Positions 10,201-19,614 of a DNA stretch of 64,000 nt are shown here, piece by piece (positions within the stretch are counted from its first letter, which is position 1; each line of letters starts with the position of its first letter). A model generated the notes under the pieces. It saw only the letters and a list, made by a program, of their open reading frames with translations, was not told where the DNA came from and did not search any database. Position numbers and translations under genes: made by a program. Source of the DNA: Bacteroidota bacterium (lineage in GTDB: Bacteria > Bacteroidota > Bacteroidia > AKYH767-A > 2013-40CM-41-45). Location of the stretch: assembly GCA_031417395.1 (NCBI GenBank), contig JANOVM010000039.1:5413-69412 (forward strand), in the 5' to 3' direction.

Positions 10201-12380
10201 CAACATTAACAGTTTCCGGTGCTAATTCATTTTTATGGAGTACAGGCGATACTATTCCTACATTGGTATTTAACAACCTTACTGCTGTCAGTTCCCCCTA
10301 TACATATACTGTTACAGGAACTATAGGAAGCTGCGTTGCAACTAAATCAGTTGTGGTTACAGTAAACCCTGTTCCAAATACCGGTCCTATAACCGGTCAG
10401 ACAACAGTTTGTGAAAACGATACATTCATTTATGTCGTTACTCCTCCAAACGGTAATTATACATGGAATATTACGGGCGGCACTATTCTCAGCGGACAGG
10501 GAACCGATAGCATTCTTGTAAATTGGAATACTAACGGCCTTGAAACAATAACAGTAATTGATACAAATGCTTTTGGCTGTGCAGGAATACAACAGGTAAT
10601 GAATGTTGTGGTCAACCCTCTTCCTGCTGCACCGACTGTAACCGGACCCGCTGTAGTTTGTAGCGATGTTGTTGAAACCTATTTTGTAAATATTACTGCA
10701 GGTTCAACATATTATTGGTCCATATCCGGGGGGAGTTTTTTAGGTGCATCGACAGGTGCAGTTAATACGCTCCAATGGGGACCTGCCGGATCGGGAACAT
10801 TAAATGTTTATGAAGTTACGGCTGCAAATTGTACAGGGCCAACATCACTTTACAATGTAACCATTAACCCGCGTCCATCTCCTGTAACAATTATTGGTAA
10901 CACATTAGTATGTGATAACATTCCTGAAATTTATACTGTTTCTGCTACTGCAGGTTCATTTTATACGTGGGATGTATTGAATAATTCTCAGGACACCCTC
11001 AATGCTGCAACCGATTCTTTACTGGTAACCTGGGGTGCAAATACTTCAGGACAAATCACCATTTTTGAAACCAACCAGTATAATTGTAATAGTGATACTA
11101 CCGGAATCTCTGTCACCATTAATCAGCATCCGCAAATATTATTGCCTGTCGATTCAGCAATAATATGTAACAATGCAACGTATCAAATTGTTGCCAGTGC
11201 GAATACTGCCAATATCGTATGGCATCACGATGGAAATGGAAGCTTGTCGGATTCATTAATTACTTCTCCTGTCTATACCCCTTTAATTACAGACACCGGA
11301 TATGTTCATCTTTATATGGTCGCTTCAAATCCTCCTTGTCTGAATGATACTGCCCGTCTGGTTATCTATGTAGTACCATCTCCTGTAGTAACGGTTACGG
11401 GTCCCGTAGCGCCAATATGTTATGGTTCCATTGACAGTGTTCGTGCAACTGCAGGTTTAACGGATCTATACATTTGGACTCCGGGAGGAATTCCAAGTCC
11501 GATAATTGCAATTCGTCCTCTTGTTACTACAACCTATATTGTTGCTGTTACCAATACATATAATTGTACTACTTATTCTTCTATTGGAGTCAGTGTAATT
11601 CCACCGGGAATTCCTGCTGCCGGTCCTGATCAGGATGTTTGTACAGGAACACCAATTATCCTAAGCGGTTCTCAGCAGAATGCCGGAGGACTTATATGGT
11701 CAACCGACGGTGATGGAACTTTTCAACCAAACAATACTTCAACATCGGTTACCTATGAACCCGGACAACAAGATTCTACGAGTGGATCTGCAACAATTTA
11801 TCTGGCCACTACAGGAGCATGTTTGAATTTAACAGATACACTGATTGTTCTAATTCGTCAGCATCCATATATTACAGCAGGAAGCGATACTACTTTAACC
11901 ATAGGTGCAGGACCCGGCGTAATGCTGCCATTAAATCCTGTTACCATAAATGTTCAGGGTGTTATTTGGACTTCTTCAGGTAATGGAACATTTGCCCCTT
12001 CAGACACTTCACTGAATGCAACGTATATGCCGTCGAAGGAAGATTTTAACCGCGATTCAATTGTAATTACAGTTACTACAACCGGAACATGTTCTGCTGC
12101 CAGCGATTATCTCGTTGTCGATTTCTCTCCTCTTATCATTCCAAATATCTTTACCCCTTATCCATCAAGCCCCGGTATTAACGATTATTTTTCCATCAGA
12201 AATCTTACTCCAAATACAGGAGTTAAGATTTTCGACCGATGGGGTATGCTTGTATATCAAAGCGATTATTATAGAAATGACTGGGATGCTTACGGATTGA
12301 AAGCAGATGTTTATTTCTATGTTGTATCCTCTGTTGAGAAAGATTATAAAGGCTGGGTGCAAGTGCTGAGAGAAGAATAA
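7296..12380 (+). CDS. Giant (1694 aa) cell-surface protein with PKD and Ig-like repeats and a T9SS type-B ('gliding motility-associated', CHU_C) C-terminal domain
   Basis: Hydrophobic signal-like N-terminus 'IIYFTCFLFVLAIGASAQ'. PKD signature 'WEWDFGDTASG'. Many ~80-aa Thr/Ser/Val-rich β-sandwich repeats. The C-terminus 'IPNIFTPYPSSPGINDYFSIRNLTPNTGVKIFDRWGMLVYQSDYYRNDWDA…' is a type-B CTD. A terminator follows. Confidence 0.8.
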   Translation: MNQENKLTTSTYLGCLKIKKVTQRIIYFTCFLFVLAIGASAQDTCSTASSLCASSTLARTTIAATTNASDPVLSCGDGVVNNSVWFTLLAINNGNTTITVTGIDNNPGLDMEVYTGSCGSLTTIGQCASGSSATAGTMSVSFAVVAGVTYYVMVDGNAGNQEAFNITATTPNDAIVARPATDFDVNPYSGCIPLTTVLDSQTVLHGGNNITFEWKIGSGAYVKATGFDTTVTFSAAAVNTINLRVCNKECGCKINSQDVVSQNLVPTITAVPSITCVGTPINFTSAASVLPTPPFVNPNVILWEWDFGDTASGASNYATGSSVSHLFIGPPNTYNVRLIAHGTCGPDTVFKVITILPKPIANITGPSESCEGQTLTLGTALTYAVAPITYTWSGVGTFSCTNCASTNITNLIPGGPYTYQVSIIDVHGCTADTTKDVIIHPRPSVFAGGFLTVCRNDTAQLNAVPSGGYPPYTYKWTPALGLNSDTIYNPFTFNTDNKTYCIVVKDSNDCPSLSDCILLTQYPQPTISSANPSFCTTLPNLQNTFTVNGPNAGSSYSWRLSTDYSLITGAAPDSSSITVDFPPIIGTYNFKVIVNDALTGCDDTVSTSFNITPGLNMGVTGPSQMCDGDTVTLNVSGAVSYVWSPSPAYALSNPNASSQNVSPPSTTVFTITGTAGTCTQTIKDTLIVYGNPNAVVSPIPPYCGCANVTLDGVGSTAGMSYLWTSSLGSPITSPTSLVTLANVCDTDTIMLTVTDLITTCATSASTVVLATPRPAVQANVTPPFICIGVPTLVQLDGTGSDVLPGTTYIWSSDNPATVYGDSTALDSTANINTPTVFYLTVMNTAGCDSMATDTVNVFTEPVISSNPPFVCTSDIIRQSTVTITGASPASSYIWTMIPPCVNPAIIADSSTSSQLFDLAACGPAVDTFVVSVYDSVTTCTTNLVSTVTVVSGVVLSLSPDTTFCEGGVATLTVSGANSFLWSTGDTIPTLVFNNLTAVSSPYTYTVTGTIGSCVATKSVVVTVNPVPNTGPITGQTTVCENDTFIYVVTPPNGNYTWNITGGTILSGQGTDSILVNWNTNGLETITVIDTNAFGCAGIQQVMNVVVNPLPAAPTVTGPAVVCSDVVETYFVNITAGSTYYWSISGGSFLGASTGAVNTLQWGPAGSGTLNVYEVTAANCTGPTSLYNVTINPRPSPVTIIGNTLVCDNIPEIYTVSATAGSFYTWDVLNNSQDTLNAATDSLLVTWGANTSGQITIFETNQYNCNSDTTGISVTINQHPQILLPVDSAIICNNATYQIVASANTANIVWHHDGNGSLSDSLITSPVYTPLITDTGYVHLYMVASNPPCLNDTARLVIYVVPSPVVTVTGPVAPICYGSIDSVRATAGLTDLYIWTPGGIPSPIIAIRPLVTTTYIVAVTNTYNCTTYSSIGVSVIPPGIPAAGPDQDVCTGTPIILSGSQQNAGGLIWSTDGDGTFQPNNTSTSVTYEPGQQDSTSGSATIYLATTGACLNLTDTLIVLIRQHPYITAGSDTTLTIGAGPGVMLPLNPVTINVQGVIWTSSGNGTFAPSDTSLNATYMPSKEDFNRDSIVITVTTTGTCSAASDYLVVDFSPLIIPNIFTPYPSSPGINDYFSIRNLTPNTGVKIFDRWGMLVYQSDYYRNDWDAYGLKADVYFYVVSSVEKDYKGWVQVLREE

Positions 12381-12402
12381 TTATTTTTAAAATGATAAAT
12401 TT

Positions 12403-12436
12403 AAAAACTCCGTTAGTCTGACGGAGTTTTTTTTTA
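12403..12436 (+). terminator. Rho-independent terminator
   Basis: aaaaaCTCCGT-tagtctg-ACGGAG followed by T9. Confidence 0.75.
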
Positions 12437-12608
12437 TCCCTCTTTTCATAAAGAACTTTTATAGAACTTATTTTTTAAATTAAACTATAAGTTTTCAAAG
12501 AAAACACTCAAATTTTTATAAAAATGCAATTTTATTTTCTATGAAATGTCAAATTATCCAATTACATTTGATATAACAAATTGAATCTAACCCTCTAATT
12601 CTGATTTC

Positions 12609-14006
12609 ATGAAAAAAATCTTACTCTTATCGGGAATATTTTCCCTCTTTGCATTGCAGCTTTCTGCAACACATTTAATGGGTGGCCAGATTGTAGCCCG
12701 CCAGTTGAATGGTTTAACCTATGAAGTTACCCTGACTGCTTACCGCGATTCTGTTGGTATTCCAATGTATGCTACTGCAAATTTCCATGTTCAGGATGTA
12801 AATTCTGCATACGATACTACGTACAATGCGTTTCATACAGGAGCGACTCAATTTATTAATCGAGTGGAATTGTATGATTATATTGATACAATTATATTTC
12901 CTGCATCAGGACAATACAAGGTTTCCTGGGAAGATTGCTGCCGCAACGGAGCAATTCTTAACATGAGTAACCCATTAAGTGAATCAATGTATTTTTTGAC
13001 GGTAGTTACTGTTGACAATGTAATTCCAAATTCAACTCCTAATTTCCTCAATCCTCCTGTCACCCTTGCTCAGAAGTTTTCTTTGTTCCAATATAACCCA
13101 CTTCCTTTTGATGTTGACGGCGACTCATTGGCCTGGCTGATGGAAACCCCATTGAGTTTTAACGGTGATACAGTAGCAGGTTATACGCTTCCACACGCAG
13201 ATCCGTTAAATCCTTTCACATTAAATCCCTTGACGGGAGAACTTACCTGGATGCCTGATTCCAATGGATTCTGGGAGGTTTCTTTCAGAGTTGAAGAATA
13301 CAGAGGTGGATTAAAAATTGGTGAGATCAGAAGAGATATGCAAATAATTGTTGTTGATGACACTTCTAACTGGCATTCAATTGTATTTGATAATGGCGGA
13401 TGGCCTCAGGATGGTCAGGGAAATTACGCTATGAGCATGGCTCCGAATGTGCCTTTCAATCTTACCCTTAATATAACCGACTTAGATAACGATCCCCTTG
13501 CTCTTAGTGCACAAGGTGAGCCAATGATATTATCTAATAATCCTGCTCAATGGGTTATCACTAATAATGCTCCGGGATCAGTTACAGGTATGTTCAACTG
13601 GACGCCATTACAATCGCAAGCGAGAGCGTTGCCTTATGTTTTAGCTTTCCGTGGATATGAATTTCATAATTTAAGCACATATACTACTGATCAAACACTC
13701 TTACTTTATGTGAATACAGCTAATGGTATTAAGAATGTAAATCAGGATTTTTCAGCCGGAAGATTATTCCCTAATCCGAATGCAGGAAATTGGTTCCTTT
13801 CTTTTGAGTTGAAGAAAAGCTCCCATGTTATTATTGAAGTTATGGATGTTGTAGGACAGAAAGTTGCTTCTGTTCTCGATCAAACGATGCCTGCCGGAAC
13901 TAATCTGGTTCAAAACAGCGGACTGAAATTAGAAAGCGGTTACTATTTTGTTCAGGTAAATGTAAATGGACAAAAAGCGACTTCTTACCCGGTAATTATA
14001 GAGTAA
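12609..14006 (+). CDS. Secreted protein (signal peptide) with a T9SS type-A CTD. It is a member of a three-gene paralogous family in this window.
   Basis: Signal 'MKKILLLSGIFSLFALQLSA'. The N-terminal domain shares 'ATH..GGxI', 'TYxVTLTxY(R/T)', 'NPxTGExxW' and 'G(E/L)(I/V)RRDMQI(I/L)' with the 35230 and 56147 genes. C-terminal 'FPNPNAGNWFLSFEL…GYYFVQVNVNGQ' is the CTD. Confidence 0.7.
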   Translation: MKKILLLSGIFSLFALQLSATHLMGGQIVARQLNGLTYEVTLTAYRDSVGIPMYATANFHVQDVNSAYDTTYNAFHTGATQFINRVELYDYIDTIIFPASGQYKVSWEDCCRNGAILNMSNPLSESMYFLTVVTVDNVIPNSTPNFLNPPVTLAQKFSLFQYNPLPFDVDGDSLAWLMETPLSFNGDTVAGYTLPHADPLNPFTLNPLTGELTWMPDSNGFWEVSFRVEEYRGGLKIGEIRRDMQIIVVDDTSNWHSIVFDNGGWPQDGQGNYAMSMAPNVPFNLTLNITDLDNDPLALSAQGEPMILSNNPAQWVITNNAPGSVTGMFNWTPLQSQARALPYVLAFRGYEFHNLSTYTTDQTLLLYVNTANGIKNVNQDFSAGRLFPNPNAGNWFLSFELKKSSHVIIEVMDVVGQKVASVLDQTMPAGTNLVQNSGLKLESGYYFVQVNVNGQKATSYPVIIE

Positions 14007-14114
14007 AGAATTTATAATAATAGCTCCGCAATCTTTGCCTGAAGTGAAATATTTCACAACGGAAATGAGGTTGCGGAGTTTTTTATGCTTTATGTTTTGG
14101 GATATACTTTGTAT

Positions 14115-15125
14115 TCAGCTTTCGCGATTCATTAGTTGTTTCGCCAGACTAAGGATGGCCTCTTTGCGTGATGTTTCAGCACCCGCTTTTTCCAGTTCAC
14201 TTAAAGCCAGATTGAAATAATAATCTTTTTTCTCCAGTGCACTTTTTTTAACGTCAAGTTTTTCAAATATGGAAACAATTGCTTCAATTTTATTTGCCGG
14301 ATTATGTTCTGCCGGATTGAGCCATCGATTCAATTCAGATTTTGTTTTACCCTCGGATGTTTGAAGTGCTTTCAGTAGCAGATAGGTTTTTTTATTTGCC
14401 AAAATGTCGCCGCCAACCTGTTTGCCAAACTTGTCGGCATCACCGTAAACATCGAGAATGTCGTCGTGCAATTGAAAAGCAATACCCAGGTTTTTGCCGA
14501 AAGCATACATGTGCAAAGAGTCGTCATTGGAAGCGCCTGCGCAGAGTGCTCCAATGGAGCAGGAACATCCAAGGAGTGAAGCAGTCTTCAGAGAATTCAT
14601 CGTAAAATAATCATCAATTGTTATGGAATCATCGTTTTCAAAATCCATATCCATTTGCTGGCCTTCACAAACATGTAATGCCGTTTGCAGAAAGCTATCC
14701 ATAACTTTTCCTGTAAATTCATTTTTCACGTTCATCAAGAGTTTACAGGAAAGTACAAACATAGCATCACCGGAAAGAATAGCGATATTTGAATTCCATT
14801 TTTTGTGAACGGTTTCCCTGGAGCGGCGAAGGGGAGCCTTGTCCATGATGTCGTCGTGCATAAGCGTGAAGTTGTGAAAGACTTCAATGCCAAGTGCAGG
14901 TTGTAAGGCTTCTTCTGCATTGCCGCCAAAAAGTTCATTGCTCATCAATAAGATAACCGGACGCATCCTTTTTCCTCCAAGGCTGATCATATATCGTATT
15001 GGCTCATAAAGTTGTACAGGGTGACTGCCAAGTTCGAGCTTTGAGAGACCGTCTTCTATAATTTTCCGGAAATGACTTTCAGAATGCATGTTGTAAACAT
15101 ACAATCCAAATGGGGAATAAACCAA
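14115..15125 (-). CDS. Polyprenyl (isoprenyl) diphosphate synthase, trans-IPPS family. The true start may be the Met at 15089.
   Basis: First DDxxD motif 'LMHDDIMD' and second 'FQLHDDILDV', with typical IspA/IdsA spacing. Confidence 0.8.
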   Translation of the reverse strand: MVYSPFGLYVYNMHSESHFRKIIEDGLSKLELGSHPVQLYEPIRYMISLGGKRMRPVILLMSNELFGGNAEEALQPALGIEVFHNFTLMHDDIMDKAPLRRSRETVHKKWNSNIAILSGDAMFVLSCKLLMNVKNEFTGKVMDSFLQTALHVCEGQQMDMDFENDDSITIDDYFTMNSLKTASLLGCSCSIGALCAGASNDDSLHMYAFGKNLGIAFQLHDDILDVYGDADKFGKQVGGDILANKKTYLLLKALQTSEGKTKSELNRWLNPAEHNPANKIEAIVSIFEKLDVKKSALEKKDYYFNLALSELEKAGAETSRKEAILSLAKQLMNRES

Positions 15126-15142
15126 ATTGGATTTGCAAAAAT

Positions 15143-16084
15143 TTAAATAAGAACGTACTCGCAGTTTTTTATGACTTTGCGGAGACCTTCTTCCAACGTT
15201 GTAAAATCGTGCTGAAGCAACTGTTTCATTTTTGTTACATCGGGTTTACGACGCGTCATATCTCCTTCTTTTAAAGAAGGAAGATGAATAATTTTTGAGT
15301 TAGAGTTTGTAATCTTTTTAATAATGTTTGCCAGCTCGAGCATCGATATTTCATTGTCTGTACCTATGTTTGCAACATCATTCACAAGAAGATTGTTGTA
15401 CAAAGCATTTGTAGTAGCATCCAGGTGGTCATCAATGTAGCAAAAAGTCCTTCGCTGACTGCCATCACCGTAAATAGTAATATCTTTTTCCTTTATTGCT
15501 GCTGCAAGAAATTTTGAAATGACGAAATCAGTACTTTGTTTTGGTCCGTAGGTATTGAACAAACGAAAAATAGTAAAGTCAAGGTCGTATTCCCGTTTAA
15601 AGGATCGCAAATACGCTTCGCCAACGTTTTTCACAATAGCATACGGCAGACGGGAATTCAGTGGAGTAGTATGTTCGTTTTGCGGGTATTCTACAGGCTC
15701 TCCATAAACCTCTGAAGAAGAAGTGTAGAAAACACGTTTCACCCCTGTGTTTTTAGATAGATTAAGAATTTGGCTAATACCCATAATGTCAATCAAAACC
15801 ATTACAGGGTTTGCTAAAGTCCTTTTCACACCTACTACTGCTGCATAATGAAATACATAATCAAAACGGTAAGCATGGAAGATGCTTGAAATATCCATGA
15901 GGTTATTGGCATCCGCTTTTATGAATTTTACATTCTGATGAACAGATTTTGGCACCTTGCTGAATACTCCCGTTAAGAGATTGTCAACAATGACAATGTA
16001 ATTATCAGGGTCTCTTGCAAGGCGCTCTGCCAAACTGCTTCCAATGAAGCCCGCGCCACCGGTGATTAGTATCTTTCTTTTCAT
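15143..16084 (-). CDS. NAD-dependent epimerase/dehydratase (extended SDR family), likely acting on a nucleotide-sugar
   Basis: N-terminal Rossmann 'ILITGGAGFIGS', YxxxK-type catalytic region, ~313 aa. Lies next to rfbA. Confidence 0.7.
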   Translation of the reverse strand: MKRKILITGGAGFIGSSLAERLARDPDNYIVIVDNLLTGVFSKVPKSVHQNVKFIKADANNLMDISSIFHAYRFDYVFHYAAVVGVKRTLANPVMVLIDIMGISQILNLSKNTGVKRVFYTSSSEVYGEPVEYPQNEHTTPLNSRLPYAIVKNVGEAYLRSFKREYDLDFTIFRLFNTYGPKQSTDFVISKFLAAAIKEKDITIYGDGSQRRTFCYIDDHLDATTNALYNNLLVNDVANIGTDNEISMLELANIIKKITNSNSKIIHLPSLKEGDMTRRKPDVTKMKQLLQHDFTTLEEGLRKVIKNCEYVLI

Positions 16085-16220
16085 GAATTAATTATTGACG
16101 GAGAATACTCAAAGCTTTTAATGCTGAAAACATCTTTTTCAAGATCAATTTACGAAACATTCAGCAATAATATTCTTAAACTAGATCTTAACGTCAGAAG
16201 TTGCATAAAAAGTTAAATTT

Positions 16221-17090
16221 TCAATGATATCGTTCCGAAAGAGATAAAAGGTATTTGCCATAACCACTTTTAATCAGGGGTTCGGCCAGCTTTTTCAATT
16301 GTTCTAAAGTAATGTATTTCATGCGGTAAGCTATTTCTTCAATACAGCCTATCTTCAGACCTTGTCGCTCTTCAATGACTTGTACAAACTGTCCTGCCTG
16401 CATTAGGGAAGCAAACGTACCTGTGTCAAGCCAGGCAGTCCCAATATCAAGAATACCAACCTTAAGTTTTCCCTGTCTTAAGTATTCTCTGTTTACATCG
16501 GTAATTTCATATTCTCCACGGGCACTTGGCTTCAGGTTTTTAGCAATTTCAATTACTGAGTTATCGTAAAAGTATAAGCCCGGGACAGCAAAATTAGATT
16601 TCGGTTTTTCCGGTTTTTCTTCAATACTGATAACCTTATTGTTCCTGTCAAATTCAACAACACCATAACGTTCCGGATCGCTTACGTGATAGGCGAAAAC
16701 AATGCCTCCATCGGGATCGACGTTGCTGTTTAAAAGCTGCTGCAGACCTGTGCCGTAGAAAATATTATCACCAAGGATGAGTGCAACTTTATCTTTACCT
16801 ATAAATTTATCACCTATTACAAATGCCTGAGCAAGTCCGTTAGGAATTTCCTGCTCAGCATAAATAAATGAACAACCCAGATTCTTTCCGTCGCCAAGAA
16901 GCCGGCGAAAATGCGGCAGGTCCTGTGGTGTGGAAATTATAAGTATTTCATTTATGCCGGCCATCATCAGAACAGACAATGGATAATAAATCATCGGCTT
17001 ATCAAAAACGGGCATGAGTTGTTTACTCATGGCTAATGTAAGCGGATGCAAACGTGTGCCGGAACCTCCGGCGAGAATAATTCCTTTCAT
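16221..17090 (-). CDS. rfbA: Glucose-1-phosphate thymidylyltransferase
   Basis: '[18 protein letters not shown]…[31 protein letters not shown]' is the canonical RmlA N-terminus. Length 289 aa. Confidence 0.9.
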   Translation of the reverse strand: MKGIILAGGSGTRLHPLTLAMSKQLMPVFDKPMIYYPLSVLMMAGINEILIISTPQDLPHFRRLLGDGKNLGCSFIYAEQEIPNGLAQAFVIGDKFIGKDKVALILGDNIFYGTGLQQLLNSNVDPDGGIVFAYHVSDPERYGVVEFDRNNKVISIEEKPEKPKSNFAVPGLYFYDNSVIEIAKNLKPSARGEYEITDVNREYLRQGKLKVGILDIGTAWLDTGTFASLMQAGQFVQVIEERQGLKIGCIEEIAYRMKYITLEQLKKLAEPLIKSGYGKYLLSLSERYH

Positions 17091-17093
17091 TTA

Positions 17094-19499
17094 TTAAACT
17101 GTGTTTTCAGGATTAGGAATTTTTTTTATTTCAATATCACCGAGTTCAACATCTTCGTCTTCATCGAAGATCTGAATAAGCGGTTCTTTGAAGAAAGCAC
17201 GCGTAATAATGCGTTTCTCCAGGGATAATAGTAACGAAGGAAGAAAAATAAGGTTGCTGAACATGGCAATAAGAAGCGTAATGGAAATCAATACACCAAG
17301 AGCGGATGTACCGCCGAAGCTGGAAGCGGTAAATATGAAAAATCCCGAATAAAGAATAACAGCTGTATATACCATGCTTGGCCCCGTTTCAAAAATTACC
17401 TTGGAGACAGTTTTGGAAATACTTCCTGCATGTTTACGAAGTTCCTGACGATAACGCGTAAGGAAATACATGGTTCCGTCACTGGCAATTCCAAAAGCAA
17501 TACTAAAAATAAGAATAGTCGATGGCTTCAAAGCTATATCGAAATAACCCATCATGGCAGCTGTTAAAAGTAATGGCGACATGCTTGGAATGAGCGCAAT
17601 TATAACCATGCGGAAGGACATGAAAAGAAAAAACATTACTGTGCCAATTAATAGTATGGCAAGCATTACACTTTCTTTCAGGTTAAGCAGAAGGTAATCG
17701 TTATTTTTAAGGAAGATGATGGAGTTTCCCGTCATTTTTACATCGTAATCGGAAGCAGGAAATATACTATCAATGCGGGGGCGGATTTCAGCCAGGAGCT
17801 TTTTCATTTTTATGGATCCGATATCGGCAACCTGGAAACTGATACGCGTAACCTGTTTTGTACTGTCAATAATGGAACGAAACATCTTCTCATTTCCTTT
17901 TGCATCGTTGGCATAGCCAGACAATCGACTTAATTCTTCAGCAGTAGGAACGATATAGTATTTAGGATCGTTGTCCTGAAGTCCCTGGTATGAAAATTTA
18001 ATCAACTCAGCAATGGAAACCGGCTCGCTGAACTCTTTGTAACCGGCCATAACTTTTTGTACACGATTAATTTTATAAAGGGTTTTTAAATCAACTGCTC
18101 CCTTGGCTTTCCTGGTATCAACAGTAATCTCAAACGGCAATACACCGCGGAAGTTTGATTCAAAAAATTTCAAGTCGGTATAAATAATATCTTTTTTAGG
18201 CAGATCATCCACGACATAACCAATGGATTTTATTCGCATCATTCCGAAAATACTGACGATGATTGTAATTATTACTATGGTGTAAATCCTGATTCTGTAT
18301 GCATGCACCCAATGGTCAATTTTATAGAGTAGGAAATTAAGTGATTTACGCTCCAGGTGCTGAATTTGCCGGTTAGTAGGAGGGGGCAGATAACTGAAAA
18401 CAACAGGAATAAAGACCAGTGAAATCAGGAAAGTGAGCATTACATTGATTGCAGTAATAATACCGAATTCAATAAGAACATCACTATGAGTAAAAGAAAA
18501 TACCAGAAAGCCAAAAGCCGTTGTAACATTGGCAAAGAAAGTTGAAACACCTATGCGGTAAATGGAACGTGCAAGGGCTTTTACTTTGTTCCCGTGTTTG
18601 GCATATTCCTGCTGGTATTTATTAAGTAATAAAATACAATTCGGTATGCCTATTACAATGATGATAGGCGCGATAAGGCTAGTAAGAATGGTAATCTTGA
18701 AGCCAAACATTTCCAGAGTGCCAAACGACCAGATTACTCCTAAGATTACTACGATCATTGGGAAAAGTACAGCGTAAAAACTTCGGAAGAAGATGAAAAG
18801 AATCAATGCTGTTACCAGTAGTGCTAGAAAGAGAAACATCTTCATTTCAGAAAGTATCTTCTGGGATACTGCCGTTCGGATGTAAGGTAAGCCGGAGTAA
18901 TGAAGAGCGATGTTGTTATTCTTAGCAAAGCGCTCACTCATTTCTTTTATCTGACCAACGATTTCTATCCGGCCCTTCGTATTAATTTTCTTAGGATCGA
19001 AGGTGATTGCCATAACGGTGGCTTTCGTAGTATCGTTATAAATCAATCCATCGTAAAATGGTAAAGCGCTAAGTTCGTTTCGAAGGCTGTCGACTTGTAT
19101 TTGTGAAACCGGGCGACTTTCGAGTAACGGTTTAAAATCAAGCTTGTGCTGACTATCGTTACGTATCACCCTGAAAGCGCGGGCAACAGAAACAACCTCC
19201 TGAATTCCTTCGATTTTTTTTATCTCATTGGTGAGGTCATACCAGTCGGCAAAAACAGGCTGCTTCCACAAACGCTCATCCTTGAACCCAATAACCATAA
19301 CGGTTCCGTCTTCGCCGAATTTTTCTTTGAACTTAAGGTATTCTGAGAAAGTAGAATCGGAAGGAGGAAGGATTCGCGCAGCTTCATAGCTAAGTTTTAC
19401 CCTGGAGGCAAAAAAAGCCATTACACCTGTCACTAAAATTAATACGGCAAGTGTGGCAATTTTATTTCGAAGAATTATTCGCGCGAGAGCTTCAAGCAT
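17094..19499 (-). CDS. RND-superfamily/MMPL-type exporter (two 6-TM blocks with large periplasmic loops)
   Basis: 801 aa. An N-terminal TM is followed by a large soluble loop, a TM block 'LFLALLVTALILFIFFRSF…', and a second loop and TM block. The architecture is typical of COG1033/MMPL exporters. Confidence 0.7.
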   Translation of the reverse strand: MLEALARIILRNKIATLAVLILVTGVMAFFASRVKLSYEAARILPPSDSTFSEYLKFKEKFGEDGTVMVIGFKDERLWKQPVFADWYDLTNEIKKIEGIQEVVSVARAFRVIRNDSQHKLDFKPLLESRPVSQIQVDSLRNELSALPFYDGLIYNDTTKATVMAITFDPKKINTKGRIEIVGQIKEMSERFAKNNNIALHYSGLPYIRTAVSQKILSEMKMFLFLALLVTALILFIFFRSFYAVLFPMIVVILGVIWSFGTLEMFGFKITILTSLIAPIIIVIGIPNCILLLNKYQQEYAKHGNKVKALARSIYRIGVSTFFANVTTAFGFLVFSFTHSDVLIEFGIITAINVMLTFLISLVFIPVVFSYLPPPTNRQIQHLERKSLNFLLYKIDHWVHAYRIRIYTIVIITIIVSIFGMMRIKSIGYVVDDLPKKDIIYTDLKFFESNFRGVLPFEITVDTRKAKGAVDLKTLYKINRVQKVMAGYKEFSEPVSIAELIKFSYQGLQDNDPKYYIVPTAEELSRLSGYANDAKGNEKMFRSIIDSTKQVTRISFQVADIGSIKMKKLLAEIRPRIDSIFPASDYDVKMTGNSIIFLKNNDYLLLNLKESVMLAILLIGTVMFFLFMSFRMVIIALIPSMSPLLLTAAMMGYFDIALKPSTILIFSIAFGIASDGTMYFLTRYRQELRKHAGSISKTVSKVIFETGPSMVYTAVILYSGFFIFTASSFGGTSALGVLISITLLIAMFSNLIFLPSLLLSLEKRIITRAFFKEPLIQIFDEDEDVELGDIEIKKIPNPENTV

Positions 19500-19614
19500 A
19501 GAGCCCTAAAATACAATTTTACTATTAGTCAGAGCAGAGAATATTGCTCGTTTTTGAGCCAAAAAGTGAATCCGGCCTTTTTTACAAAAGGAATCACAGG
19601 TATTAAATTGGTAT

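Noticed and set aside
14035-14220. 61-aa ORF between the 12609 gene and the polyprenyl synthase
   Set aside because: It overlaps the terminator hairpin (CTCCGCAA…TTGCGGAG) and the 3' end of the convergent gene.
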